Source: a virus. From it: a stretch of 64,000 nt of DNA. The stretch lies in UHGV virus genome UHGV-0057547. One strand, written 5' to 3'. The notes beneath the pieces were generated by a model. That model did not search any database and was not told the origin of the DNA. It saw only the letters and a list, made by a program, of their open reading frames with translations. Position 1 is the stretch's first letter. Every line of letters starts with the position of its first letter. This document shows positions 20,438 to 29,799 of this stretch, piece after piece. The position numbers and the translations under genes are program-made.

Positions 20438-20662
20438 TTATTTAAAATAATAATTCATATTATTTACAATTAAGTTAGTAACATATAGTAAACCTTTTTT
20501 AGTCATACAGATACCCTTAGAATTATTATTTATATTTTCATATATAAATAAATTTTTCTTTTTATTTTTATCTGTTAATCTTTCACTTGTTTTGAATTGC
20601 TTTTGTTTTATCATAAATTTATTAAATAATGTTATTCCTATTTTTTTTATGATAGAATTCAT
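20438..20662 (-). CDS. possible small basic protein
   Basis: ORF track; overlaps the upstream gene end by 41 nt and has no own promoter. Confidence 0.25.
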   Translation of the reverse strand: MNSIIKKIGITLFNKFMIKQKQFKTSERLTDKNKKKNLFIYENINNNSKGICMTKKGLLYVTNLIVNNMNYYFK

Positions 20663-21374
20663 ATTTATTAAATAAATCTACGTATTCTTTTTTACCCATA
20701 ATTACATTATCATCTAAACTATTTAAATAAGTTTTAAACTTATCTAAATTAGTTATATTAATTACTGTCATATCATTATTTTTAGTAGTTAAAGTTTTAG
20801 AACTTTTATTTAAATCATCAATCTTATCAGATAAACTTTCTATCATTTTTAATAATTCATTTATTGTTTTATTTTGTTCTTCTATTTTATCAAGTAGTTC
20901 CGTATTGTTTACTGTTAGTGTTTCATTATTAGAATTTCCATTTAAAATTATGTCAAGCATTTTACTTCTTATTTCTTGTGCTACTTTGCTATCTCTTAAT
21001 AACATTGCCATATTTAAAAAACATCTTTTATTTACCAATGTATTACTTCTATTATTAAATTTTCTATTATCTGATATAAAATAACCTTTATAGTTATGAA
21101 GGGAAATATTGTCCCCTCCTAAAAATTCTCTTGTTTCCTTACCTTTTAATATTAATAAACCATTTTTAATTAATTCTCTTTTATTGTTTTGAACTAATTT
21201 TTTAATACATTCATAATCAACTTCAAAATATTTAGCCACTCTGTCAAGTGTTTCATATTCCATATTATTAATTGTAGTTATAGTTTTATATTTATTCATT
21301 ATATCTAAACTTTTATTATTATTTAATATCTCTTGTCTTAATTCCTCTTTTTCTAAAATATCATTTAATACCAT
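20622..21374 (-). CDS. hypothetical protein (possible phage regulatory C-terminal-type domain)
   Basis: ORF track; start probably ATG 21374 after GGAGTTGGTAATA. Confidence 0.45.
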   Translation of the reverse strand: MVLNDILEKEELRQEILNNNKSLDIMNKYKTITTINNMEYETLDRVAKYFEVDYECIKKLVQNNKRELIKNGLLILKGKETREFLGGDNISLHNYKGYFISDNRKFNNRSNTLVNKRCFLNMAMLLRDSKVAQEIRSKMLDIILNGNSNNETLTVNNTELLDKIEEQNKTINELLKMIESLSDKIDDLNKSSKTLTTKNNDMTVINITNLDKFKTYLNSLDDNVIMGKKEYVDLFNKYEFYHKKNRNNII

Positions 21375-21649
21375 TATTACCAACTCCTTTTATATTTTTT
21401 ACTTATATTATACTTATACATTTATTAAAAGTCAATGAATACTCATAAAAATATTTAATTTTCCATAAATATTTTATAGAAATATAAACTCAAATCTAAA
21501 TTTAATTTTTGTCAAATTTTGTCGATTAATACCAAATAAAAAAACCCAAAGCTAAATTTAATTTTAACTTTGGGATAACTGAGGATTAATATAATCCTCT
21601 ATAAATAATACTTGTAATTAATTTTACTGTTTATTATATTACCAACTCC

Positions 21650-22747
21650 CTATTGTAATAATTCTAACAATTTATTTAAACCATCATCTGTTATTTTACT
21701 GTATTTATAATATCTATACATATAATTATTATCTCTAGCATATTGTGTTTCAATTTCATTTTTATCTAACCAATTTATTTTTTTAAGTTTATTCATTAAG
21801 TATTCTAAACTAATGTCATTGTTAAGGTTATTATTTAATATTTTTAATGCTTGTCTATATGTGTATCCTTCATTTGTTTTTCTTCTCTTTTTTTCTTCTG
21901 TCGTTCTATTAATTATTTTAGATATTTGTTGCATTAATTTTAATATGTCATTATCTATGATATAATCTACCATTTTAGGATTCCATGTATAAACGTTTGT
22001 TATGCTTGCTCTACATAAACCGTTTTTAATAAATTCATTTTCAAATTTATCATTATGTATAAATCTAGTTTTTTTATTTATTAATTTATTTTCACCATAT
22101 CCTTTTATTTCTAATGCTTCAAAGAAAATTTTTGTAAACAATTTCTTTGAAGGTAATTGTTTTATTAAATCTATTGTTGATAAATAATTTTCTATTCTTT
22201 CATTTTCTAATTCTATTTTATCAATTTCCTTTTGTTTTTCAGCCCCATATTCTTCTTTTAGTTCACCGAATAATTTTGTATTTAAAACTCTATCTTCTTC
22301 TGTATTTGAAAATATAGATTTATAAAATGTTTCAGCTAATATTTTTTCTTTTGAATTTACAATTTCTCTCATAGTAAAATAATCATCAACTAATTTATCA
22401 TGTATTTCCCAGGCTAAATCTGTATCCATTATTTTTATAAGTTTTGCATAACCTCTTTCTGATAATAAGTAAATATTTTTAGCTTGTGTTATAGATTGTT
22501 TAGCGTAACCCATTTTTGTCAACGTATCGTTGTCGTCGATACGTTTAAGATTTATAAAATCTACACCTTCTTTAAATCTTTTGATGTTTTTATTAAGTGT
22601 TTCTCTAACATGAATCATTTTCATATTATGTATTTCAGATATAACTTTATCAGTTAAACATCTTTTTCCTTCACCAAAACCACCTTCTATCACTGGTATT
22701 TTAACTCCCATAAAATCTTGTGTGCCATTAATTATGATATTATTCAT
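21650..22747 (-). CDS. phage antirepressor-like regulatory protein (paralog of 17221..18051)
   Basis: NGTQDFMGVKIPVIEGGFGEG N-terminal motif; start ATG 22747 after GGAGTTGGTAAAT. Confidence 0.4.
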   Translation of the reverse strand: MNNIIINGTQDFMGVKIPVIEGGFGEGKRCLTDKVISEIHNMKMIHVRETLNKNIKRFKEGVDFINLKRIDDNDTLTKMGYAKQSITQAKNIYLLSERGYAKLIKIMDTDLAWEIHDKLVDDYFTMREIVNSKEKILAETFYKSIFSNTEEDRVLNTKLFGELKEEYGAEKQKEIDKIELENERIENYLSTIDLIKQLPSKKLFTKIFFEALEIKGYGENKLINKKTRFIHNDKFENEFIKNGLCRASITNVYTWNPKMVDYIIDNDILKLMQQISKIINRTTEEKKRRKTNEGYTYRQALKILNNNLNNDISLEYLMNKLKKINWLDKNEIETQYARDNNYMYRYYKYSKITDDGLNKLLELLQ

Positions 22748-23142
22748 ATTTACCAACTCCTTTATATATTTGATTATATTATACTTAACATATTATTAAA
22801 AGTCAATAAATACTCATAAATATATTTAATTTTCCATAAAAATATATATCTCTGAGCCATTTAAATGGATTTTAAGCTTGTTATAACTACTTAATGGATA
22901 AACTATTCATTAAGTTATAAACTCATATTTAAATTTAATTCTTGTCAATTCTGTTTAAAAATAGGCATAAAAAAAATCCTCTACCATAATAGTAGAGGAT
23001 TAATTAGTTTCTAATAATAAAGTCCCTTCTGATTTTATTTTGTTACTTCCATAAGTATCTCTTATAGAACTCATATTTTTTCCTTATTTATTTCTTTAAA
23101 TACTTCTTCATTTTCCTTTCTATCAGGGTGAAACTTCATAGC

Positions 23143-23256
23143 GTTTCAATGCTTGTAACAAGCTTCCCTATTCAACGTGTTCTTTTTCACTTTATAAGCT
23201 ACTCAAGTTTTTGTAACACTCCCAGGGCGTAAATTCGGAACTGAACTTTCCTACAT
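23143..23256 (-). ncRNA. E element copy 6
   Basis: Downstream of promoter TTGACTTTTAATAATAATAGCAGTATAAT; followed by two tiny ORFs and a terminator. Confidence 0.5.
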
Positions 23257-23385
23257 GTTATTTTTAATTTTTTATTTTATTTACCTATATTATACTGCTA
23301 TTATTATTAAAAGTCAATAAATATTTTCATTTTTTTATTTAATTTTCACAAAACTTTTTAACTTTCAGCAATAACTGAGGATTAA

Positions 23386-23736
23386 TTAAAATCCTCTATT
23401 TGGGAAAGATAGACTTCTACAGCCTATTATTCTTCCCTTATCATCTCTTACAGATTCATTTACCAAAGCTAAATCAGTTCTAGTTTTGCAAGCATTAGCA
23501 ACCATAGCAGATACAATAAGGATAGTATCAGCTTGTTGTGGAGGTAATCCTATAACATCACCAAAAGTATTGTCAGTTATAGGAATTTCTATACCATCAG
23601 CAATTATACTTCCTGCATCAGTAGTAGTTTGTGATACTCTTATTAAAGTTCCGGAAGCTGGTATGGTAAGTATAATATTATTATCACTATCCATTATATT
23701 AATATCATGAGGCGTACAATTTATTAATTTTTTCAT
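23386..23736 (-). CDS. hypothetical protein, compositionally atypical (G/A/T/S-rich)
   Basis: ORF track; GC visibly higher than surroundings. Confidence 0.45.
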   Translation of the reverse strand: MKKLINCTPHDINIMDSDNNIILTIPASGTLIRVSQTTTDAGSIIADGIEIPITDNTFGDVIGLPPQQADTILIVSAMVANACKTRTDLALVNESVRDDKGRIIGCRSLSFPNRGF

Positions 23737-23845
23737 GATATAAAACCCTCCTAAATATTCTCATTTTTTTATTTAATTCCTATGAAAGTTTTTAACTTTC
23801 AGTAACTGAAAAAGGAATTTAATTTTCCTTTTTCTCGCACATATT

Positions 23846-24145
23846 TTAGGATACATAAGCTACTTGCTCTACTATAAAATTTCTCTTTTCTAACTCATGA
23901 GTTATTTTTTCGCTTTCATTTTTTAGTTTTTTTCTAGCTAAATCATAGAAGTCCCAAAAATACATTAAATTTATATCTATTCTATAACCACTTATTATTA
24001 TTACTTGGTCTTCATATTCTAACTGTAAATCAGCACTTAAATAATCTTCTTCATTGACATATATTGCAACCCTTATATTATCATTATCTTTTCTATTTAT
24101 CATGTTTATAGCTTTTTCAATGCTATTATATCTTATTTTTTTCAT
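23846..24145 (-). CDS. hypothetical protein
   Basis: ORF track, 99 aa. Confidence 0.45.
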   Translation of the reverse strand: MKKIRYNSIEKAINMINRKDNDNIRVAIYVNEEDYLSADLQLEYEDQVIIISGYRIDINLMYFWDFYDLARKKLKNESEKITHELEKRNFIVEQVAYVS

Positions 24146-24274
24146 AATATAAAACCCTCCTAAAATTTTATTTATTAACTATATTATAGCATTTTAGCTA
24201 TATAAAGTCAATAAAATATTTAATTCTCATGAAAGTTTTTAACTTCCATGTAACAGAGGATTATAATTAATCCT

Positions 24275-24514
24275 CTATAAATAGTATTTGTAATTAATTA
24301 TGCTATTCACATAGCAACTTTCAGCAACTTTATATGCATTTAAGCTTCTGCTTATATGCACTCCAAAAGTTCTATTTGCTATTTTAACTGCTTTTGTTAG
24401 ACTTATTAATTCTTGTTCAACTGCATAGTTTAAACAAGGATATAATGCAATAATTGCACGTCTATTGCTTTCAGCTCTAACTATTTTTCCATTTACAACG
24501 AATTTTTTATTCAT
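24275..24514 (-). CDS. hypothetical protein
   Basis: ORF track, 79 aa. Confidence 0.4.
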   Translation of the reverse strand: MNKKFVVNGKIVRAESNRRAIIALYPCLNYAVEQELISLTKAVKIANRTFGVHISRSLNAYKVAESCYVNSIINYKYYL

Positions 24515-24594
24515 ATAAGACCCTCCTAAATATTTCCATTTTTTTATTTAATTTTCATGAAAGTTTTTAGCTTTCATGTTACAGAGGATTTTAA

Positions 24595-24774
24595 TTAATC
24601 CTCTACAAATATTTCTAAGATATCATCTTTAAAATCCCACGCTTCAAGATGCTTATAGCTTACATTATGTTCTTTTGCTTCTTCTCCAATGTCTAAATCA
24701 GATATTCCTTTTATGGTATATCTATTTACTAAATCTTTAAATCCTTCAGTTACTTTAAATTCATATCTTTTCAT
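24595..24774 (-). CDS. small hypothetical protein (59 aa)
   Basis: Unlisted ORF MKRYEFKVTEGFKDLVNRYTIKGISDLDIGEEAKEHNVSYKHLEAWDFKDDILEIFVED with RBS AGGAGGG. Confidence 0.35.
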   Translation of the reverse strand: MKRYEFKVTEGFKDLVNRYTIKGISDLDIGEEAKEHNVSYKHLEAWDFKDDILEIFVED

Positions 24775-24917
24775 AATACAAAACCCTCCTAAATATTTTC
24801 ATTTTTTTATTTAATTTTCATTTATATTATATACCAGTTTTTATATAAAGTCAATATATAATATAAAAAAATCCAAAGTTAGGTTTAAATTTAACTTTGG
24901 AATAACTGAAAAAGGAA

Positions 24918-25184
24918 CTAATAAGTTAAAATTCCTTTTTCTTTATAACTTGCCATTTTAAAACCTAAGTTTTCATTTAATGTTTCTATATTGTCTAATA
25001 TGAAAATCTTATCGTCATGATTCAAATATGATATATTATATTCTTTTTCATTGTTTACAGTCCATGATAAAATTATATTTTGTTCTTCCATAGCATTTAA
25101 TAGAATATTAATATTGTTATAATTCTTTTCCTCTGCATAGAAAACTTTTAAGTCTATTTTGTTTATTTCAATTTCTTTTTTCAT
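24918..25184 (-). CDS. hypothetical protein
   Basis: ORF track; real start the second ATG (MKKEIEIN), since the listed N-terminus translates the RBS. Confidence 0.45.
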   Translation of the reverse strand: MKKEIEINKIDLKVFYAEEKNYNNINILLNAMEEQNIILSWTVNNEKEYNISYLNHDDKIFILDNIETLNENLGFKMASYKEKGILTY

Positions 25185-25267
25185 ATATAAAACCCTCCTA
25201 AATATTTTCATTTTTTTAATTAATTCTCATGAAAGTATTTAACTTTCACGATTACAGAGGATTATAA

Positions 25268-25630
25268 TTAATCCTCTATTATTTCTTCATATTCTGCAAT
25301 TGTAACTTCATTGTATATTTCATTTACCATATACTCAAAAGCTAACCAACTTAAATTATTTGCATCTACTTCAAAATCAGGACTTAAATTTTCTTTTGTG
25401 CTATTGTATATTTCAAATATTTCTTCCATATGTTTAATGAAGAAACATTTTGTTTCATTAAAGTATATTAATTCTCCTATCATACCACTTGCACACCCAT
25501 ATTGAATTACTTCCTCTAAAAATGTTATTGGATTTTCATAATCATCAATATGATTAAGAATTATATCAATAACATTATCCTTTAATTCGCTTTCTCCATA
25601 CATATTTTCTAAAAAAGTATTTAATTTCAT
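25268..25630 (-). CDS. hypothetical protein, paralog family A
   Basis: LENMYGESELKDNVIDI..NETKCFFIKHMEEIF..NANNLSWLAFEYMV shared with 27621..27986. Confidence 0.5.
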   Translation of the reverse strand: MKLNTFLENMYGESELKDNVIDIILNHIDDYENPITFLEEVIQYGCASGMIGELIYFNETKCFFIKHMEEIFEIYNSTKENLSPDFEVDANNLSWLAFEYMVNEIYNEVTIAEYEEIIED

Positions 25631-25709
25631 AAAAACCCTCCTAAATATTTTCATTTTTTTAATTAATTCTCATGAAAGTATTTAACTTTCACGATTACAG
25701 AGGATTAAT

Positions 25710-26072
25710 TTAATCCTCTAAGCTATACGCCATACACATGTTAAAATCTTTATCCTTATATTGTTCTGAAAAATCAATAACTATGAATTCGCCATTATTG
25801 CTTTTATGTTTATACCATTTTGTACCAGTTAATCCATTTAGCCATGATTTTTTACCTTTGACATCACCTTCTAACATTTCAAATACTACTTCATTATTAT
25901 TATATCTAATACCTTTTCTCTTGCTTATATCTTTTGTTAATTTTACATATTTTTCATTTTCCATATTTAACAATTCATGAGCTTTTTCTAAGCTAACATA
26001 TCCAGTTAAAACTAATTTAGATATACTTTCTCTTAATTCTATCATACCTTGTTTTTTAGTTATTTTTTTCAT
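25710..26072 (-). CDS. hypothetical protein
   Basis: ORF track, 120 aa. Confidence 0.45.
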   Translation of the reverse strand: MKKITKKQGMIELRESISKLVLTGYVSLEKAHELLNMENEKYVKLTKDISKRKGIRYNNNEVVFEMLEGDVKGKKSWLNGLTGTKWYKHKSNNGEFIVIDFSEQYKDKDFNMCMAYSLED

Positions 26073-26190
26073 AATATAAACCCTCCTAAAATTTTATTTA
26101 TTAACTATATTATAGTATAACCACTATATAAAGTCAATAAATATTTTAATTATTACAAAAGTTTTTAACTTTTGTTACTGAAGAAGGATT

Positions 26191-26526
26191 TTATTTTCCT
26201 TCTTCTATGTCTTTATTGAATAAAGATTTTATTTTCTTAGAGAATTTTTTATTACATGTCACGTCATAAAATTTGAATTCATTGTAAAAAGTATATTCTT
26301 TTAATGCTTCAAGGTGTGAATTAATCGCTTGAGTTGTAGAACTTGTATCATAATTGCAATTATCAACAATTATTTTACTTTCAAGCGTATCAATTATCAT
26401 TATTATATTTTCATGATACATTAGATAGTAACTATCATTAATCTTGCTAAATGAATGATTCCCTATTTTCATTTTAATGTTACCTTCCATTATTCCTCTA
26501 AATAATTTTTCACTATATTTTCTCAT
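26191..26526 (-). CDS. hypothetical protein
   Basis: ORF track, 111 aa. Confidence 0.45.
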   Translation of the reverse strand: MRKYSEKLFRGIMEGNIKMKIGNHSFSKINDSYYLMYHENIIMIIDTLESKIIVDNCNYDTSSTTQAINSHLEALKEYTFYNEFKFYDVTCNKKFSKKIKSLFNKDIEEGK

Positions 26527-26644
26527 ATCATACCCTCCTAAAATTCATTTATTAACTATATAATAACATAGTGTTTATATAAAGTCAATAAATATTTTAA
26601 TTATTACCAAAAGTTTTTAACTTTTGGATAACTGAAGAAGGAAT

Positions 26645-26935
26645 TTATTTTCCTTCTTCTTTTCTAAATCTGAACTCAAATATATTTTCTTTTCTATGTC
26701 CTTTGATTAAATCAATCTCACTTTCGCCTTGTTGGTCTGTATTGTGGATTAAATTATATACTAAAAATCCAACTCTTGTATCGCCTTCATATTGAAAATA
26801 AACTAAGTCATTTTTAAAATCAATTCTTATTTTATTTATCCATATATTTTCATTTATTCTTTTTTCTCTTTTAATCATGTCAATTATTTTATCCATATTC
26901 TTTAATATCTCAAGTCTTATTTGTTTTCTATTCAT
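26645..26935 (-). CDS. hypothetical protein
   Basis: ORF track, 96 aa. Confidence 0.45.
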   Translation of the reverse strand: MNRKQIRLEILKNMDKIIDMIKREKRINENIWINKIRIDFKNDLVYFQYEGDTRVGFLVYNLIHNTDQQGESEIDLIKGHRKENIFEFRFRKEEGK

Positions 26936-27062
26936 ATAAAACCCTCCTAAAATTTATTTATTAACTTTATTGTAGTATAACCACTATATAAAGTCAATAA
27001 ATATTTTAATTATTACAAAAGTTTTTAACTTTTGTTACTGAAGAAGGAAAAAATCCTTCTTC

Positions 27063-27305
27063 TTATAAGTTTTCAACTTCTATGCTTGTAATTGTATTTC
27101 CATTGCAAGTTATTAAAAATCCTACTTTACTTTTAAAGGATTTTACAAATAATGCTTGAAAAAAATTACCCTTACAGTATGAACTTTTAGGACTATAGCC
27201 TATACTGTTCATGAAAGGTATAATTCTTTTTTCACCTTTTATAATGTTTATTTCTTTTATTTCCTCTTCACTAAATATTTTTTTCATTGATTCATAATTA
27301 TTCAT
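27063..27305 (-). CDS. hypothetical protein
   Basis: ORF track, 80 aa. Confidence 0.4.
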   Translation of the reverse strand: MNNYESMKKIFSEEEIKEINIIKGEKRIIPFMNSIGYSPKSSYCKGNFFQALFVKSFKSKVGFLITCNGNTITSIEVENL

Positions 27306-27378
27306 AATGTAAACCCTCCTAAATTTTTAATTCAGTAATAAAAATTACTGTTACTGAAGAAGGAAAAAATCCTTCTTC

Positions 27379-27558
27379 TTATAATGTATCTAAAAAGTTA
27401 TTAACAATTGATATTTCTTTATCGTTTAATAATATTTCAGTATGGCAATATTTAGAATTAATGTAACTATTTTCAAAATGTATATTGTTTTCATGAAGAA
27501 AATCTATTAATAACATAGTGTCCTTTCTATTTAGTTCTATATTATAATATTTTTTCAT
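27379..27558 (-). CDS. small hypothetical protein (59 aa)
   Basis: Unlisted ORF MKKYYNIELNRKDTMLLIDFLHENNIHFENSY... with RBS AGGAGGATT. Confidence 0.35.
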   Translation of the reverse strand: MKKYYNIELNRKDTMLLIDFLHENNIHFENSYINSKYCHTEILLNDKEISIVNNFLDTL

Positions 27559-27620
27559 AATAAAAATCCTCCTAAAATTTTATTTCAGTAATTTAAAATT
27601 ACTGTTACTGAAGAAGAGAA

Positions 27621-27986
27621 TTAAATCTCTTCTTCTTCTTCTTCTTCCATTGTTTCAACTTCATTATATATTTCACTTACCATATACTCAAAAGCTAACC
27701 AGCTTAAATTATTTGCGTTTACTTCAAAATCATCACTTAAATTGTCTTTAAGTTGGTTGTAAATGTCGAATATTTCTTCCATATGTTTAATGAAGAAACA
27801 TTTTGTTTCATTATAGTATATTAATTCAGGTACTGTACCACTAATACAACCATAATTCATAATGTCTTCTAAAAATCCTTTTGGTTCTTCATAGTCTTCA
27901 ATATGGTCTAAAAGGATATCAATAACATTATCCTTTAATTCGCTTTCTCCATATAAATTTTCTAACATATTATTTATTTTTTTCAT
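27621..27986 (-). CDS. hypothetical protein, paralog family A, with poly-Glu tail
   Basis: Paralog of 25268..25630; C-terminal EEEEEEEEI. Confidence 0.5.
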   Translation of the reverse strand: MKKINNMLENLYGESELKDNVIDILLDHIEDYEEPKGFLEDIMNYGCISGTVPELIYYNETKCFFIKHMEEIFDIYNQLKDNLSDDFEVNANNLSWLAFEYMVSEIYNEVETMEEEEEEEI

Positions 27987-28103
27987 AATAAAAACCCTCC
28001 TAAAATTTATAAATTTTATTTCAGTAACTCAAAATTTATATTTGAATTACTGTCACTGAAAAAGTATAGATTTTATAAAATCCCTTGTTTTTTCTTATAT
28101 TTT

Positions 28104-28436
28104 TTATTCTTCAATTTTAAAATTTTTAATCTCAAGTCCAAAATTTTCTTGTCCCTTTTTATTTGTGTATTTTCTTATTTTAGCTCTGAAACTTATTTTT
28201 TGTCCTTCTTGAATATTTTCTTTAAACATTTTTTTAGTAACGTTGCTTATCATATCGCATAAGCAGTGACAGCATATAAAATCATTATCTTTATATATAT
28301 TGTTGATAAGTGCTATTTTTCTGCACCCTCTTTTTTCTATTTTGTTGAAAGTTCCTTTGAATTCTACAATTGATTCATTGTATTTTTCAAGTCCTTTTCT
28401 ATATTCATATCTCCCACTTTTACTATTTACATACAT
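28104..28436 (-). CDS. hypothetical Cys-containing protein
   Basis: ORF track; CCHCLC cluster. Confidence 0.45.
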   Translation of the reverse strand: MYVNSKSGRYEYRKGLEKYNESIVEFKGTFNKIEKRGCRKIALINNIYKDNDFICCHCLCDMISNVTKKMFKENIQEGQKISFRAKIRKYTNKKGQENFGLEIKNFKIEE

Positions 28437-28889
28437 TTACAAAACCTCCCTTTTTTAAAACAAGAGATTTTATAAACTCTATACCTTTTCCGATTAACTG
28501 AAAAAGGATAAAATCCTTTTTCCGTTTTTAGGAGGAGGGAACATATTCAATTATATAATAGGATTTTTACCATTGCACTTCATACGCCCTTGTAACTGTT
28601 CAATGGCTGTTGGATAATAAAATCCAACTTTTGATTATTATCTTATAACCTTTTGAGTACTTTTCAGGAGTTCCGACTTAAAAAGTATGTTTTCGTAAGT
28701 ACTTATTAATCGTCGATTAACAGTTTACCTATATAACCTTTGGTAATAGGGTTTTTACCAAAAGCACCTTTTAAGTTTTTCCTCTTGTCAGTTGCTTAAA
28801 AGTTTTAAGATAATGCTTAGCTCTAAAAAATGCTAAGCTTCTATTATATACCTTATGCGTATAGCTTAAGGATTTTTTTTATTACTTTT

Positions 28890-29260
28890 TCTTTAATTGT
28901 ATCATGTCTTTTATTCAATGTCAACTGCTTTTTTAAAAATCTTTTAAAACTTTTTAAGTAGTTCCTAAGTTGCTTTATTAACTTAATTGTAGTAGTTCTT
29001 TTATTCAATGTCAACTATTTTTTAAAAGTTTTTTAAATTTTTTTTAAGTAGCTCTTAAACTGCTTTCCTAAGTTGCTTTTGTTTTATTATCTTAATTGTA
29101 GCAGGTCTTTTATCTAATGTCAAGTACTTTTTTAAAACTTTTTAAAACTTTTTTAACTGCCTTTCCTAAGTTGCTTTTGTTTTATTAACATAATTGTAGC
29201 ATCACTTTATTGATTGTCAACTATTTTTTTATGTTTTTTTATGTTTTTTGTATACATTAA
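28890..29260 (-). repeat. four tandem ~100-bp repeats, each carrying a minus-strand consensus promoter (TTGACA-17-TACAAT)
   Basis: Repeated TAATTGTAG..CTTTTAT..AATGTCAA..TTTTTTAAAA..CCTAAGTTGCTTT units; the promoters point toward the non-coding 28440-28880 region. Confidence 0.55.
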
Positions 29261-29572
29261 ACAATATACAAAATACAATATTCATTATAATGTATACAAT
29301 ATATCTATATTCTTTTTAGTATCAGTTCTAAAATCATTTTTCTATTTTATTTTTTTTCTACTGTTGCCGTATGACGTGATATAAGGCGTTTTAAAGACTT
29401 TTAAGATAGTTAGTGGATAATTAATCAATTAGATAATATATTCTCTTATATTGTCTTCTATTGCCTTATATTGATATATGAAAAAAAATAGAAAAACTTT
29501 TGAATAATTGTTGACATTAGATAATATTATGCTAACATTAAGATAATAAATAAATAAAGGAGATTGATAAGC

Positions 29573-29773
29573 ATGAAAAAATATAGTATAGAAATAAAGG
29601 GCAATATATGGACAAAGGAATTAATTGTTAATATATGCAAGGAAAAGAGACTATTTAAATATAATGTAACAGAATTATTAAGTGGATTAAAATACTGTAT
29701 ACAATTGAATGATTTAAGCTTTTGGAACTATCATTATTTTAAAAAACTTAAAAGAATAGAAGAAAAAAAATAG
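29573..29773 (+). CDS. small hypothetical protein
   Basis: ATG after AAAGGAGATTGATAAGC; this leader is duplicated at 31100-31140. Confidence 0.35.
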   Translation: MKKYSIEIKGNIWTKELIVNICKEKRLFKYNVTELLSGLKYCIQLNDLSFWNYHYFKKLKRIEEKK

Positions 29774-29799
29774 TAGACTTTTCTACTATTTTTTTATTG

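Noticed and set aside
23040-23136. Tiny ORF MKFHPDRKENEEVFKEINKEKI after E6, containing an HPD (J-domain-like) tripeptide
   Set aside because: Only 22 codons; far too short for a J domain; likely coincidental.
24918-25654. Shared MKIFRRV N-terminus of ORFs 24918..25211 and 25268..25654 as evidence of homology
   Set aside because: It is the translation of the upstream RBS region (ATGAAAATATTTAGGAGGG); real starts are the downstream ATGs.
28890-29260. Tandem ~100-bp repeats considered as a CRISPR array
   Set aside because: Repeat period ~100 bp with no short unique spacers; each unit contains a promoter-like TTGACA-17-TACAAT; no cas genes.
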